DNA of 64,000 bases from an uncultured Acidobacteriota bacterium. Its GTDB lineage: Bacteria > Acidobacteriota > UBA6911 > RPQK01 > JAPXNP01. The notes below the pieces were generated by a model. It was not told where the DNA came from, made no database searches, and saw only the letters and a list, made by a program, of their open reading frames with translations. Shown here piece after piece: positions 1-10,252 of this stretch. The position numbers and the translations under genes were made by a program. The stretch's first letter is position 1, and every line of letters begins with the position of its first letter. The stretch spans positions 384,001 through 448,000 of the forward strand of contig CAVZRV010000029.1 of the NCBI GenBank assembly GCA_963777605.1, in the 5' to 3' direction.

Positions 1-65
1 TTCTCTGACTGCCCGTGGGGAGGTGCAGAAGCGATTCTACACAGCAGGTCCGTTGAATCAACTTT

Positions 66-911
66 TTATCCGTTCCCCAGCCAGGGACGGATCACGGTGT
101 CCAGGATGAGGTGGACCAGGTTGACGTTACTGATCAGTTGAACCCCGGCCAGCAAAACGAAAACCATGATGAGACGGTTGAAGACCTGCTCGGGGATCCT
201 GTCGTGCATCCACTTGCCGAGAAAAGACCCCAGCGGGATGAGGCCGATCAGCACGGCGTCGAAGACCAGGACGTCCCGGCGTACCAGTCCGACCGCGACG
301 TAGAACGGCAACTTCGTCAGGTTGATCAGGGTGAAGGTCCACGCCGTGGTCCCGACAAAGAGGCTTTTTCCCATTCCCTGAGAGAACATGTAGAGGCTGA
401 CAATTGGACCTGCTGCGTGTGCGATCGTCGATGTCAGCCCGGCGAGGGAGCCGAAGCCCAAGGCTGAGCGGGGACCAAAGTCAAAGTGTTCGACCCATCG
501 CATGGCCCGGTCTTTGGCCAGGATGTAGATCGCGAAGAAGACTGCGATCACTCCCACGAACCGCTTGATGGCGACGGAGTACTCTCCAACGCCTTCCTTC
601 CCGATCCACCACCAGACTGCCGCTCCGGCGAGAATCCCGATCAGAGAAGGGAGGTATATGGCGAAAACGTGGCGCCAGACCTTGTTGTGGCGATGGTGAT
701 AGATGGCGTTGAAGTCGAGGAGGATGAGCAGCGGCAGCAACGTCGCCACGACTTTGTCCACCGGCATCACCAGCATCATCAGCGGAATGGTCAGGATGCC
801 GACTCCTCCGGCGAAGCCCGATTTCCCGATTCCCTGCACGATGATTCCCAGGGAGACGAAGAGCCAGAAGATGAGCGGCGGAATTCCTTCGCCGATAAAT
901 GAGTCGAACAT
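66..911 (-). CDS. Sulfite exporter TauE/SafE family membrane protein
   Basis: Multi-TM protein with GIGKSGFAGGVG and repeated AHAAGP motifs. Start placed at ATG 911 (MFDSF) inside ORF 66..989. Confidence 0.85.
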   Translation of the reverse strand: MFDSFIGEGIPPLIFWLFVSLGIIVQGIGKSGFAGGVGILTIPLMMLVMPVDKVVATLLPLLILLDFNAIYHHRHNKVWRHVFAIYLPSLIGILAGAAVWWWIGKEGVGEYSVAIKRFVGVIAVFFAIYILAKDRAMRWVEHFDFGPRSALGFGSLAGLTSTIAHAAGPIVSLYMFSQGMGKSLFVGTTAWTFTLINLTKLPFYVAVGLVRRDVLVFDAVLIGLIPLGSFLGKWMHDRIPEQVFNRLIMVFVLLAGVQLISNVNLVHLILDTVIRPWLGNG

Positions 912-1063
912 GCCTTGCCTCGAAACTGGGACGTGTATCCGGTGGAGCGAGGGGTTATTATAACCGCCAGTATTCGATTCAGAAGGCACCGGGTTCTCTT
1001 CGATTCGCCCTGCCCCGGCAGGTCGTCGAATCCGGGGTTCTTTCGCAGAGCGAGGTAACGCAG

Positions 1064-2356
1064 ATGTTCAACCGGCGTCAGATTTTGAGTTCGATGTGGG
1101 TTCCAGCGGTCATCCCCCCCGCGGTGGCCAGTCCTGCAGGATTCATGCGTGCCCTCGAGGCGGCTGCGGAGGTGGAACGAGCATCGATCCCCGCGGAAGA
1201 AGTCGCCCGGGACGAAGACTTCTGGTTCCAGATCCAGCAGGCGTTCTCGGTCGATCGTTCGGCAATCAACCTCAACAACGGGGGAGTCAGTCCGTCGATC
1301 ACCACCTGCCAGGAATCACTCAAACGCTACCAGGACTTCGGGAACATGCTGCCGGCCTACAACTTGTGGCGGATCCTCGAACCGCAGAAGGAGAACGTCC
1401 GGAACGGACTGGCGCGAATTTTCGGCTGTGACCCCGAAGAAGTTGCGATTACCCGAAATGCCTCTGAAGGGCTGGAAATCTGCCAGTTTGGCTTCGACCT
1501 GAACCGCGGCGACGAGGTGCTGACGACCAACCAGGACTACCCCCGGATGATCAACACCTGGAAGCAGTTGGAGGAGCGGAACGGTATCGTCCTGAAACAG
1601 TTTCCGATCCCGGTTCCTGCGGAGGACGAAGCCGAAATCGTGCGCCGTTTCGAGGAGCAGATTACGGAACGGACGCGACTGATCCTGATGTGCCACGTCA
1701 TCAACCTGACCGGGCAGATTCTACCCGTCAAAGCGGTATCGGCAATGGCCCGTCGCCATGGCGTACCCCTGATCGTGGACGGCGCCCACTCCTTTGCGCA
1801 CCTCGCGTTCGAACAGGGCGACCTCGACTGTGATTACTTCGCCACCAGCCTGCACAAGTGGTTCTTTGCCCCGCACGGGACCGGGATGCTCTACGTCAAA
1901 AAGGATCGGGTCGAGAGTCTCTGGCCCCTGATGGCCGGATCGCACAGCCAGAAGGGGGACATCCGGAAGTTTGAGGAAATCGGGACGCACCCAGCCGCCA
2001 ATTTCCTGGCCGTCTCCGACGCAGTCCTCTTCCACGAGGGGATCGGAGCACGGCGCAAGGAGGCGCGGATGCGCTATCTGAAGGATTACTGGGCCCGGCG
2101 CCTCACGGAGAACCCCCGGGTGGTCCTGAATACGAGTCTCGATCCGCGCTTCTCCTGCGGTCTGGCGAATGTCCGGATCGAAGGAATTGAATCGGGGAAG
2201 TTGAGTTCCTACCTCTGGCGGGACCATAAGATCCTGGTGACGACGATCAAACACGACGATTTTGAAGGAATTCGGGTGACTCCGAGCGTTTACACCAGCC
2301 TCCCGGAGTTGGACCGTTTTTGTGAGGCGATGGAACAGGCGATTCGGGAGGGGTGA
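1064..2356 (+). CDS. Aminotransferase class V PLP enzyme (isopenicillin-N epimerase/cysteine desulfhydrase-like) with Tat-like signal
   Basis: INLNNGGVSPS, NASEG, VDGAH and PLP-lysine SLHKW motifs. N-terminus MFNRRQIL. ATG 1064 follows GAGG. Confidence 0.85.
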   Translation: MFNRRQILSSMWVPAVIPPAVASPAGFMRALEAAAEVERASIPAEEVARDEDFWFQIQQAFSVDRSAINLNNGGVSPSITTCQESLKRYQDFGNMLPAYNLWRILEPQKENVRNGLARIFGCDPEEVAITRNASEGLEICQFGFDLNRGDEVLTTNQDYPRMINTWKQLEERNGIVLKQFPIPVPAEDEAEIVRRFEEQITERTRLILMCHVINLTGQILPVKAVSAMARRHGVPLIVDGAHSFAHLAFEQGDLDCDYFATSLHKWFFAPHGTGMLYVKKDRVESLWPLMAGSHSQKGDIRKFEEIGTHPAANFLAVSDAVLFHEGIGARRKEARMRYLKDYWARRLTENPRVVLNTSLDPRFSCGLANVRIEGIESGKLSSYLWRDHKILVTTIKHDDFEGIRVTPSVYTSLPELDRFCEAMEQAIREG

Positions 2357-3207
2357 GAGTGGTGGAACGGAGAAAGCGGGAGGGAATGGTGGCCGGGCTT
2401 CCTCTCCGGGGAAATGAGAGGGGCCCATTGGGGAATCTCAAAGGCCCGAAGCGGACACTCGTGGTTACCCTGTTTCTGCTGGGACTTCTGGGCCTCCATT
2501 GCGGTCAACCCCGGAAGATCGCCTCTTCGGCAGAGGCGGTTCCCTCGACTTCAGCGCGATCGCTCGAAGCCCTCCGCCGAGAAGCCGCCCTCCAGGTTCC
2601 TCCCCGCGAAAAGGGTGCCGTCCGCGAGCCGGACCTGGTTGACCTCTCCAGGCTCGGCACGAATTTCAGGTTTGACATCCGATACGCCACCGCCAGCAAT
2701 TTCATGGGTGCAGTCATGTACACTCGCCCGGTTGCCTACCTGCAGCGTCCCGCGGCAGAGGCGCTGGTTGCGGCCGGACGCGAGCTTGGCGAACAGGGAC
2801 TGGGGCTTCTGATCTTCGATGGCTACCGTCCGTGGTCTGTGACCTGGCTTTTCTGGGAGGCGACGCCGGTCGCGAAACGGAACTACGTCGCCGACCCGGC
2901 AAGGGGGTCGCGTCACAATCGGGGATGCGCCGTAGACCTGACGCTGTATGATCTCAAGACCGGGCGCGCCTTGCCGATGCCGAGTGGGTACGACGACTTC
3001 ACCGAACGGGCTCACCTGGATTTCGCAGGCGGAACCGAGGAGGAACGGCACAATCGAGGCATTCTAAGGGACGCGATGGAGAAGCAGGACTTTCTTCCCT
3101 ATCCATACGAGTGGTGGCACTACGACTATGCCGAGTGGCAGGCATACCCGATCCTGAACCTGTCGTTCGAAGAATTGGCTGGGGAGGTGTCTGGCCGGTC
3201 GCACTAA
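2353..3207 (+). CDS. D-alanyl-D-alanine dipeptidase (VanX/DdpX, peptidase M15), probable lipoprotein
   Basis: [23 protein letters not shown] and EWWHY motifs. Hydrophobic stretch ends LGLHC. True start may be TTG 2428. Confidence 0.9.
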   Translation: MRVVERRKREGMVAGLPLRGNERGPLGNLKGPKRTLVVTLFLLGLLGLHCGQPRKIASSAEAVPSTSARSLEALRREAALQVPPREKGAVREPDLVDLSRLGTNFRFDIRYATASNFMGAVMYTRPVAYLQRPAAEALVAAGRELGEQGLGLLIFDGYRPWSVTWLFWEATPVAKRNYVADPARGSRHNRGCAVDLTLYDLKTGRALPMPSGYDDFTERAHLDFAGGTEEERHNRGILRDAMEKQDFLPYPYEWWHYDYAEWQAYPILNLSFEELAGEVSGRSH

Positions 3208-3301
3208 TCTGAATTGTCCGATTATTCTGGTTGGTCTGATTCGTAGGAAGCGTTCGACGGGTAAGTCCTCAGGCAGTACTCTGGAACAGAGGATCCGAAC
3301 C

Positions 3302-4312
3302 ATGAAGAAAATCAATCGACGATCCGTGATGGCCGCCGGGGCTTTGTCTACAATGGGATCCGTGTTGCCCGGTTCGGCAAGAATACTGCAGTCTGGAAAG
3401 CTCCCCAATGATCCCGAAGAGCGCCGACAGGTTCTCTACCGCCTCTTGGGCGACCTTCCGGCCCGAAACCGACCGATCTCGGCGAATACGATTTGGAAAA
3501 AAGACCGGCCAGGATACGTCCTGGAGAAACTCTCACTCGATCTAAACGGGATTGAGGAAGTGCCGGCCTACCTGATCCGCCCCTCTCAACCCTCCGGCCC
3601 GGTACCGGCGGTGCTCTACAACCACTCTCACGGGGGAGGTTACAAGATCGGGAAAGAAGAGTTTCTCAACGGGCGGGAATACCTTTCCTCTCCACCCTAT
3701 GCTGAGGTTATCGCGGAAATGGGATGGGTTGGCCTCTGTATCGACACGTGGGTGTTCGGTGAACGGAGCCACACCAGCGAGATGGATACCTTCAAGGCAA
3801 TGCTCTGGCAGGGAGAGGTTCTCTGGGGGATGATGGTCTACGACAGCATCCGTGCCCTTGACTACCTGGTCGGCCGGCCCGAGGTTGACCCGAACCGGGT
3901 TGCCACCCTTGGAATGTCGATGGGGAGCACGATGGCCTGGTGGGTTGCCGCTCTCGACCGGCGGATCAAGGTGACTGTCGATATCTGCTGTCTGACCGAT
4001 TTCCAGTCGTTGCTGCGGCGAAGGGCGCTCAGCGAGCACGGCGTCTATTACTACGTCCCGAGTCTGCTCAAGTACTTCAGCACGGCCGAGATCAATGCCC
4101 TGATCGCCCCGCGGCCGCATCTTGGAGTCGCCGGCAGGCGGGACTCATTGACTCCTCCGGAAGGGTTGGACACGATCGAAGAGCACCTCAACGGGGTCTA
4201 TTCGGAGATGGGCGCGCCGGATCACTGGAAGTTACTGCGTTACGATGTCGCTCACCAGGAGACGCCGGAAGCCCGCCGCGAGATCCGCGCCTTCCTGGAG
4301 AGGTTTGTCTAG
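3302..4312 (+). CDS. Alpha/beta hydrolase (dienelactone hydrolase/acetyl-esterase-like) with Tat-like signal
   Basis: Nucleophile elbow GMSMG, HSHGG, C-terminal Asp/His (RDSLT, VAHQET). N-terminus NRRSVM. Confidence 0.8.
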   Translation: MKKINRRSVMAAGALSTMGSVLPGSARILQSGKLPNDPEERRQVLYRLLGDLPARNRPISANTIWKKDRPGYVLEKLSLDLNGIEEVPAYLIRPSQPSGPVPAVLYNHSHGGGYKIGKEEFLNGREYLSSPPYAEVIAEMGWVGLCIDTWVFGERSHTSEMDTFKAMLWQGEVLWGMMVYDSIRALDYLVGRPEVDPNRVATLGMSMGSTMAWWVAALDRRIKVTVDICCLTDFQSLLRRRALSEHGVYYYVPSLLKYFSTAEINALIAPRPHLGVAGRRDSLTPPEGLDTIEEHLNGVYSEMGAPDHWKLLRYDVAHQETPEARREIRAFLERFV

Positions 4313-5649
4313 CGGGCGACGTCGTGGATCCAGCGGCAGATTCGTCCGGTGGCCTCAATCGGTGCCGTGCAGTAAAAGTCGAGAAACTCCTTGTCGAGTT
4401 CTCCTCGCAGGGGCGTTCGTCGTGCTGCCGTCAGGGCACGTCCACCGTCGAAATCAACGTAGGCCAGGCGGGCCGTCAATTCGGCGGGCTGGCGACCGAA
4501 AACGGCGCCCGGAAGAGCGGCTACGCCGGTTTCTTCGAGGAGCAGGTGGCAGAGTTCCACGCTGGTACCAACTCCCCGTGATTCCAGGGTCTGTCGAAAC
4601 GGTTCAAAGCTCGGAAAAAGGTAGAAAGCGCCTTCCGGTTCGGGAGTGATGACGCCAGCCTCTTTCAGTTGTCGTGAGATGCGGGCACTCAGGGCCTTGA
4701 GGATGCGTCGGGACTGGGCGAGGTATTCCTCGATTTCGATTCCCCCGTCGAAGGCGCGAACGGCGGCGAACTGGATCGGTGAAGATGTCGAAGTGTAGGT
4801 TTCACTGGCGACGACCGCCATCGAATCCATCAGCCAGCGCAGCGATCGCGGGAAGATGAACGTTCCCAGTCGCCAGCCGCCGGCTCCGCACCACTTGCTC
4901 AGGCCCGTGCTGATCACGGTTCCTTCGGGGTAGAACTTGGCGATCGAGACGTGCCGACCGCTGTGATCGAGTTCTCCGTAGATCTCGTCGGAGAGGAGGA
5001 CCACCCGGTACTTGCGGGCAATTGCGGCCAACTCCCGCAGTTGATCGACGCTGTAAGATACGCCGCTCGGATTGTTGGGGTAGTTTATGACGATCAGCCG
5101 CGGCCGGCCCGGATCTCTCCGACAAACGCTCTCGATTTCCTCGGCCGTCAGCCGCCAATCGTCCTCCAGCCTGGTGGTAAGCCATTGGATGTGGCGTCCG
5201 ATGATGTGGGCCTGGGGAGCGTAGGAGACCCAACTTGGGGTCGGAATGACCAGGTCCCCGTAATAGACGAGCTGGAGTATGAACATCAGCTCCTTGGAGC
5301 CGGGCCCGATCAAGACATCTTCTCCGGAATACTCGATTCCCTGGGTCCTTCGAACGTAGGAAGCTACCGAGTCTCGAAGAAGTCTCAGGCCCTTGACGGG
5401 CAGGTATGCCTTCTGGTGGGCATTTGCCTTCAGTTCGTCGACGACGCTGCGGGGTACCGGGAAGGGCGACTGACCGAGGCCCATCCGGAAGATTGGTCTT
5501 CCCGATTGGGCAAGCTCGTCGCTGCGTTCGTTGATTTCCAGCGTGGCCGACTGAGAGAGCCCGCGGACATTGAGGTTGAGATTGACATCGGGCTGGTAGA
5601 GCTTGCTTGGCCGAACCTTGTTGCGGGGACGAGCTGGTTCACTTTTCAC
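4309..5649 (-). CDS. Aminotransferase class I/II (aspartate aminotransferase-like)
   Basis: [18 protein letters not shown] and [14 protein letters not shown] motifs. Confidence 0.9.
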   Translation of the reverse strand: MKSEPARPRNKVRPSKLYQPDVNLNLNVRGLSQSATLEINERSDELAQSGRPIFRMGLGQSPFPVPRSVVDELKANAHQKAYLPVKGLRLLRDSVASYVRRTQGIEYSGEDVLIGPGSKELMFILQLVYYGDLVIPTPSWVSYAPQAHIIGRHIQWLTTRLEDDWRLTAEEIESVCRRDPGRPRLIVINYPNNPSGVSYSVDQLRELAAIARKYRVVLLSDEIYGELDHSGRHVSIAKFYPEGTVISTGLSKWCGAGGWRLGTFIFPRSLRWLMDSMAVVASETYTSTSSPIQFAAVRAFDGGIEIEEYLAQSRRILKALSARISRQLKEAGVITPEPEGAFYLFPSFEPFRQTLESRGVGTSVELCHLLLEETGVAALPGAVFGRQPAELTARLAYVDFDGGRALTAARRTPLRGELDKEFLDFYCTAPIEATGRICRWIHDVAR

Positions 5650-6577
5650 TGGTCACTCCAGTCATCAGGCTCGAACTAACCAGCAGGACCGCGGTGATCC
5701 AGACTGTGTCGGCCACTGCCAGGTGGACGATTTGTAGCCAGACCGGGGCGAGCAGGGCCAGGTTCAAAAGGCCGATTCCCAGTTGTGTGAGGTAGGAAAC
5801 GATTAGGAGAATACCGAGCACGAACCGCGAGGAGCCGGTCGCACTGTCCATGAGACGAAACGCCCCGAAGATCACCAGGATTCCCACAACCAGGGCGAGG
5901 ACTGGATGGTAGACCCGCAACTGGATCAGAAGGTGGGAGTCGGGAGCGAAATCGCGGGCCAGGGCCTCTGAAACTGTTAGTGAAGGGAAGAGGGTGTCGC
6001 CGAGTGCAGCTACCGCTCCGCTCACGCCGATCAAGACCAGGCCGCCCAGCATGGCGAGCGGGAGTGCAAGGTTCTTTCGGGGGTTCGGCGAAGTGCAATC
6101 CTCTTGCGGGCGACTCCACGAGGCGGAGATCGCCAGGCACCCGAGGAGGAGAAACGTGTTGACGAGGTGAAATGCCATCACCCAGGCGCGGGCGAAGGAA
6201 TCGTCCTGGGCCACCAGACCGAAAAGCACCAGTCCTGCCCCCACCAGTGCCTCGGTGATCATGAAGATGAAAGCGGCGGCAGTTGCCCATCGCACAGGGT
6301 GGCGGCGCGGAAATATTCGAAACGCCCACACGGTGAGGACCAGTACCAGGAGAAAGGCGAAGCCGCTGGTGACCCGATGGGTAAACTCGATGATGGTCTC
6401 CATCGTTCCGGATCGCGGAATGACCTCTCCGTTGCAGAGCGGCCAATGGTTTCCGCAGCCCGCACCCGAGCCGGTTGCCCGGACATAGGCGCCCCAGAGA
6501 ACGACGGCTACCGTGAAGAGCAGCACTCCCCAGGCAAACTCGCCGAAACGATTTGAGCCATCAAATCTGCTCGCCAT
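5639..6577 (-). CDS. ctaA: Heme A synthase (COX15/CtaA)
   Basis: GSGAGCGNHWPLCNG, EFTHR, and conserved His residues in TM helices. Confidence 0.88.
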   Translation of the reverse strand: MASRFDGSNRFGEFAWGVLLFTVAVVLWGAYVRATGSGAGCGNHWPLCNGEVIPRSGTMETIIEFTHRVTSGFAFLLVLVLTVWAFRIFPRRHPVRWATAAAFIFMITEALVGAGLVLFGLVAQDDSFARAWVMAFHLVNTFLLLGCLAISASWSRPQEDCTSPNPRKNLALPLAMLGGLVLIGVSGAVAALGDTLFPSLTVSEALARDFAPDSHLLIQLRVYHPVLALVVGILVIFGAFRLMDSATGSSRFVLGILLIVSYLTQLGIGLLNLALLAPVWLQIVHLAVADTVWITAVLLVSSSLMTGVTSEK

Positions 6578-6598
6578 TCCTCCTCACTCTCGGCGGCT

Positions 6599-7402
6599 TC
6601 AGGCAGTCAGGACGGATGCGACGATCGAAAGGACGGTCAACGCCAGGCAAGCCAGGGCCGCAATCAATTCACTGAACGTCTCTCTCTTCAGAGGATTCAA
6701 AATCACCCCGGCCAGAAACCCACCGATGAAACCCCCGATGTGGGCAAAGTTGTCAACCCGCGGGAAGACCAGTCCAAAGGCCAGAATGATGACAGCGTAC
6801 ATGAGAGCCTGACGCCCGACTTCGGTCCGGCCGGTCTTGTGTCCGGCCCAGACAAGCGCTCCAAACAGGCCGAAAAGAGGTGCCGACGCCCCGAGAGTCA
6901 AGCTGGTCCCAAGAATGCTCGTGAGGAAGAAGCCGGTCACGGATGAGACCGTGTAGATGATAACCAGCCGGCTCGGTCCGTAGGCATCGGCTGTCACGGG
7001 GCTCAACTGGCGGACCCACATCATGTTGAACAGAATGTGAAGCGCGCCGGCATGAAGCCAGGCGGCGCTCAACAGTGTCCACCAGCGCCCGTGGGCAATG
7101 ACCGGGATTGCCCCCGAGGCTCCAAAGACGTAGAGACTCTGGACGCTTGGTCCGAGAAACGAAAAACCCGACATGGAAATGTTGGAAGGGTCGTAAATGA
7201 GTGTCAAAACGTAGATGGCCGCGCAGCCCCACGTCACGATGTGGACGAAGCCCAGGTCGTGGCCCAGGCGTTGAAACAGGGGTGCGTAACCCCAGAGTCC
7301 CGGATTCCAGGCTCCGCAGTTAAAACAACGCTCGTCGTTTACTCCAACCAATCGACCGCAAGAGCGGCAAACGACCGATCCAGTTCGCCTTCTTTCCAGC
7401 AT
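6599..7402 (-). CDS. Rhomboid intramembrane serine protease with N-terminal Zn-ribbon-like CxxC..CxxC
   Basis: WWTLLSAAWLH, HILFNM, catalytic GAS and HIGG motifs. Confidence 0.9.
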   Translation of the reverse strand: MLERRRTGSVVCRSCGRLVGVNDERCFNCGAWNPGLWGYAPLFQRLGHDLGFVHIVTWGCAAIYVLTLIYDPSNISMSGFSFLGPSVQSLYVFGASGAIPVIAHGRWWTLLSAAWLHAGALHILFNMMWVRQLSPVTADAYGPSRLVIIYTVSSVTGFFLTSILGTSLTLGASAPLFGLFGALVWAGHKTGRTEVGRQALMYAVIILAFGLVFPRVDNFAHIGGFIGGFLAGVILNPLKRETFSELIAALACLALTVLSIVASVLTA

Positions 7403-7454
7403 GTGATTTCCCGAACGATTATGGCACGTTGTCCTGCCAGGGTCTGCAGGTCAG

Positions 7455-8147
7455 TCAGGATTTCGTGATTGTCTGGACCTGATCGCCGTGTGCTAAGAGT
7501 GCGGTTTTTGCCAGCCCGATGAACAGACCGTGTTCAACCACTCCGGGAACGTGGTCCAGTTCGGTGGCCAAAGCAGAAGGATCCTCGATCGATTCAAAAC
7601 GACAGTCGAGGATGTAGTTGTTTTCCATCGTCAGGAAAGGCTCTCCTCCCGACTGGGTTCGCAGGCCAACCCGGCAGCCGAAGTTCTCCATCCGGCCGGC
7701 TGTCAACTGCCATCCGAACCGGACGACCTCTACGGGAAGCGGAAACGCGCCGAGGCGAGAAACCCGCTTTCGCGAATCGCCGATGATCACCAGGTGTTCC
7801 GTTGCGGATGCGACAATCTTCTCCCAAAGGAGAGCGCCGCCTCCGCCCTTTATCAGGTTGAGTTCGCCGTCGATTTCGTCGGCTCCGTCGATGGTTACGT
7901 CGAGACACCGGATCTCGGCGAAACTGGTCAGGGGGATCCCCGCTTTTCGGGCTTGTGACTGCGTTCGGAGGGAGGTCGGGATCGCCTGAATTCGAAGACC
8001 GTTGCGCACTCTCTCACCGAGGAGACCTACAAAGTAAGAGGCAGTCGAGCCGGAACCGAGGCCGACTCTCATCCCATCCTCAATGAATTCGACTCCTTTG
8101 GCTGCGGCGAGTCGTTTTTCCTGCTCGAGATCGGGCTGTGTCGCCAA
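7455..8147 (-). CDS. rpiA: Ribose-5-phosphate isomerase A
   Basis: GLGSGST, DGADE, IKGGGGALLWEKI and GVVEHGLF motifs. TTG start. Confidence 0.95.
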   Translation of the reverse strand: MATQPDLEQEKRLAAAKGVEFIEDGMRVGLGSGSTASYFVGLLGERVRNGLRIQAIPTSLRTQSQARKAGIPLTSFAEIRCLDVTIDGADEIDGELNLIKGGGGALLWEKIVASATEHLVIIGDSRKRVSRLGAFPLPVEVVRFGWQLTAGRMENFGCRVGLRTQSGGEPFLTMENNYILDCRFESIEDPSALATELDHVPGVVEHGLFIGLAKTALLAHGDQVQTITKS

Positions 8148-8366
8148 CTGGTACGTTCCTCCGTCAATCCTTCCGTCTCTTTAGCGACTTCTCGGTCGTG
8201 CGTCTTTCCGAGAGTCATTCCGAGTGAAGCCCCGGATTGTAACCCAACTACTCTGTTACTTAAAGGCGGGCCGAAAACAGTATACTGTTGGTGTTTGCCG
8301 GCCCCGGGTTTGTGCAGGGTGCTGGAAGCTTTGATTTGAGTTGTTACGGACCGTTCGGAGTGTCTG

Positions 8367-9371
8367 ATGAGCCTTCCCTACGATGCCCTGCTGATTCTCT
8401 CTTTTGGTGGCCCGGAGGGGCGCGATGAGGTGATGCCGTTCCTGGAAAATGTGCTTCGCGGAAAGCGGGTGCCCCGAGAACGCATGATGGAGGTTGCTGA
8501 GCATTACCTTCACTTCGACGGAGTGAGCCCTATCAATCAACAGAACCGCGAGTTGATTGCCGCCCTCGAAAAGGAACTGGCTGCGCGGGGACCGCGCATT
8601 CCGATCTACTGGGGCAATCGCAACTGGCATCCCTACCTGAACGAGACCGTACGAAGAATGGCTGAGGACGGCGTTCGCAGGGCGCTTGCCTTCGTTACTT
8701 CGGCCTTCAGCAGCTATTCCGGGTGTCGTCAGTACCGTGAAGACATCGTCCGTGCGCGATCGGTCATCGGAATGAGGTCACCCCGGATCGACAAGATCCG
8801 TGTCTTCTTTAATCACCCGGGATTTATCGAGGCGAACGCCGACCGGGTCCGGGACGCCTACGCGCAGTTGCCCGAGGTGGAACGGGAAACGGCCCCGCTC
8901 GTCTTCTCTGCCCACAGTGTCCCCGTTCCGATGGCGGAGAGCAGTGCCTACGTCTCCCAGTTGCGCGACGCATCCCGGCTGGTGGCCCATGCAGCCGGGC
9001 ACTCGAAATGGCGGCTGGCGTATCAGAGCCGGAGTGGCCCTCCCCACCAGCCCTGGTTGGAGCCCGACGTCAGGGAGTTGGCCAAGGAGTTTGCCGGTGC
9101 CGGGCATGCCAGCATGGTGGTGTGCCCGATCGGGTTCATATCGGACCACATGGAAGTCCTCTACGATCTCGACACCGAACTGGCGCAGAACTGCTCCGAG
9201 GTCGGAATCCGCCTGGTTCGGGCGGCGACGGTGGGAATCCACCCTGAATTCATCAGCATGATCCGGGAGTTGATTCTCGAGCGGATGAACCAAAGTCCTA
9301 TTCGACGCTACATCGGAGAACTGGGTCCTGCCCCGGATTTCTGTCCTGTCGACTGTTGTCCTCCGAGTTAG
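8367..9371 (+). CDS. hemH: Ferrochelatase
   Basis: SFGGPE, GVSPIN, FSAHSVP, YQSRSGP, PWLEP and DHMEVLYDLD motifs. C-terminal FCPVDCC. Confidence 0.95.
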   Translation: MSLPYDALLILSFGGPEGRDEVMPFLENVLRGKRVPRERMMEVAEHYLHFDGVSPINQQNRELIAALEKELAARGPRIPIYWGNRNWHPYLNETVRRMAEDGVRRALAFVTSAFSSYSGCRQYREDIVRARSVIGMRSPRIDKIRVFFNHPGFIEANADRVRDAYAQLPEVERETAPLVFSAHSVPVPMAESSAYVSQLRDASRLVAHAAGHSKWRLAYQSRSGPPHQPWLEPDVRELAKEFAGAGHASMVVCPIGFISDHMEVLYDLDTELAQNCSEVGIRLVRAATVGIHPEFISMIRELILERMNQSPIRRYIGELGPAPDFCPVDCCPPS

Positions 9372-9399
9372 AGAAGCTTGCCGCCGTTGGAGGACTAAC

Positions 9400-9846
9400 T
9401 TGGACCTGGAAATCGAACTTGCCCCGATGGCGGCCCCAGAGATTGACGAGATTGAGGCGATTGAATCGGAGTGCTTCACTTCTCCTTGGAGTCGCGACTG
9501 TTTCTCATCGGTGCTCCGGCGAGACGGTTCACTCAGCCTGGTTGCCCGCCATGACGGGACCGTAATTGGTTACGTGATCTCCTTCTGGGCGGACGACGGC
9601 TTCGTGATAGCCAACCTGGCGGTGAGCAGCACCTTCAGGGGCCGGGGGGTCGGGCAACGATTACTCGAGGCCGCCCTCCATGCGGGTCGTGAATCGGGGA
9701 CACGCTGGGCCTTTCTCGATGTCAGAGAAAGCAACCAGACCGCCATCCACCTCTACGCGAGAATGGGGTTCCGCACCGTCGGAAAGCGTCCCGAGTACTA
9801 TGACCATCCCCGGGAAGACTCGCTGGTCATGGCCTTCAGGCTGTGA
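9400..9846 (+). CDS. rimI: Ribosomal-protein N-acetyltransferase (GNAT)
   Basis: IE..F.SPW, NLAV..RGRGVG, LDVRESN and RPEYY..ED motifs. Confidence 0.85.
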   Translation: MDLEIELAPMAAPEIDEIEAIESECFTSPWSRDCFSSVLRRDGSLSLVARHDGTVIGYVISFWADDGFVIANLAVSSTFRGRGVGQRLLEAALHAGRESGTRWAFLDVRESNQTAIHLYARMGFRTVGKRPEYYDHPREDSLVMAFRL

Positions 9847-9990
9847 TCCGGGTTCCGGGGTGCGAAGTTCTGCCTCCCATCACGCTCGCTCAATCACAGA
9901 TCACAAAACGCAGGGCTTGTCGCCCAAGCTCGGATGGAGAACCGTCTCTGCCAGGCTCGTCTCCGCATCCTTTCTCCCGTACGGTCGTTT

Positions 9991-10077
9991 CGCATCCTCT
10001 CCCTTCAAGAGGGACCCTCTTCACTTTTTCCGCTCGCATCCGCTCACTGTAAGAGGGGCCTTATTCACTTTTCCCGC
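9991..10077. repeat. Degenerate tandem direct repeat, 2 x 43 bp (period 44)
   Basis: 9991-10033 and 10035-10077 align at 35/43 positions. Partial copies near 9963 and 10085. Confidence 0.7.
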
Positions 10078-10252
10078 CGTTTTTCGCACTTTTTCCCGCA
10101 CGTTCGTAATTAGTAGATGGGGTTAGGGGTTTGGCCCCCGCCGGAGGCTTTGCCCGGGGGCTTCGTGCGCCCGCTGGCGGACTGGGCACGGAGAGAGGGG
10201 TCAGATTTGGCTCCGAGGGCGATTTCGGCAACACACCCCAAGATCACAAATG

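Noticed and set aside
2353-3207. Vancomycin resistance cluster
   Set aside because: Only a VanX-family peptidase is present. There is no vanA/vanH/vanRS, and the protein appears exported.
9991-10099. Possible CRISPR array
   Set aside because: Only two degenerate adjacent units, no unique spacers and no cas genes. Kept as an unexplained repeat.
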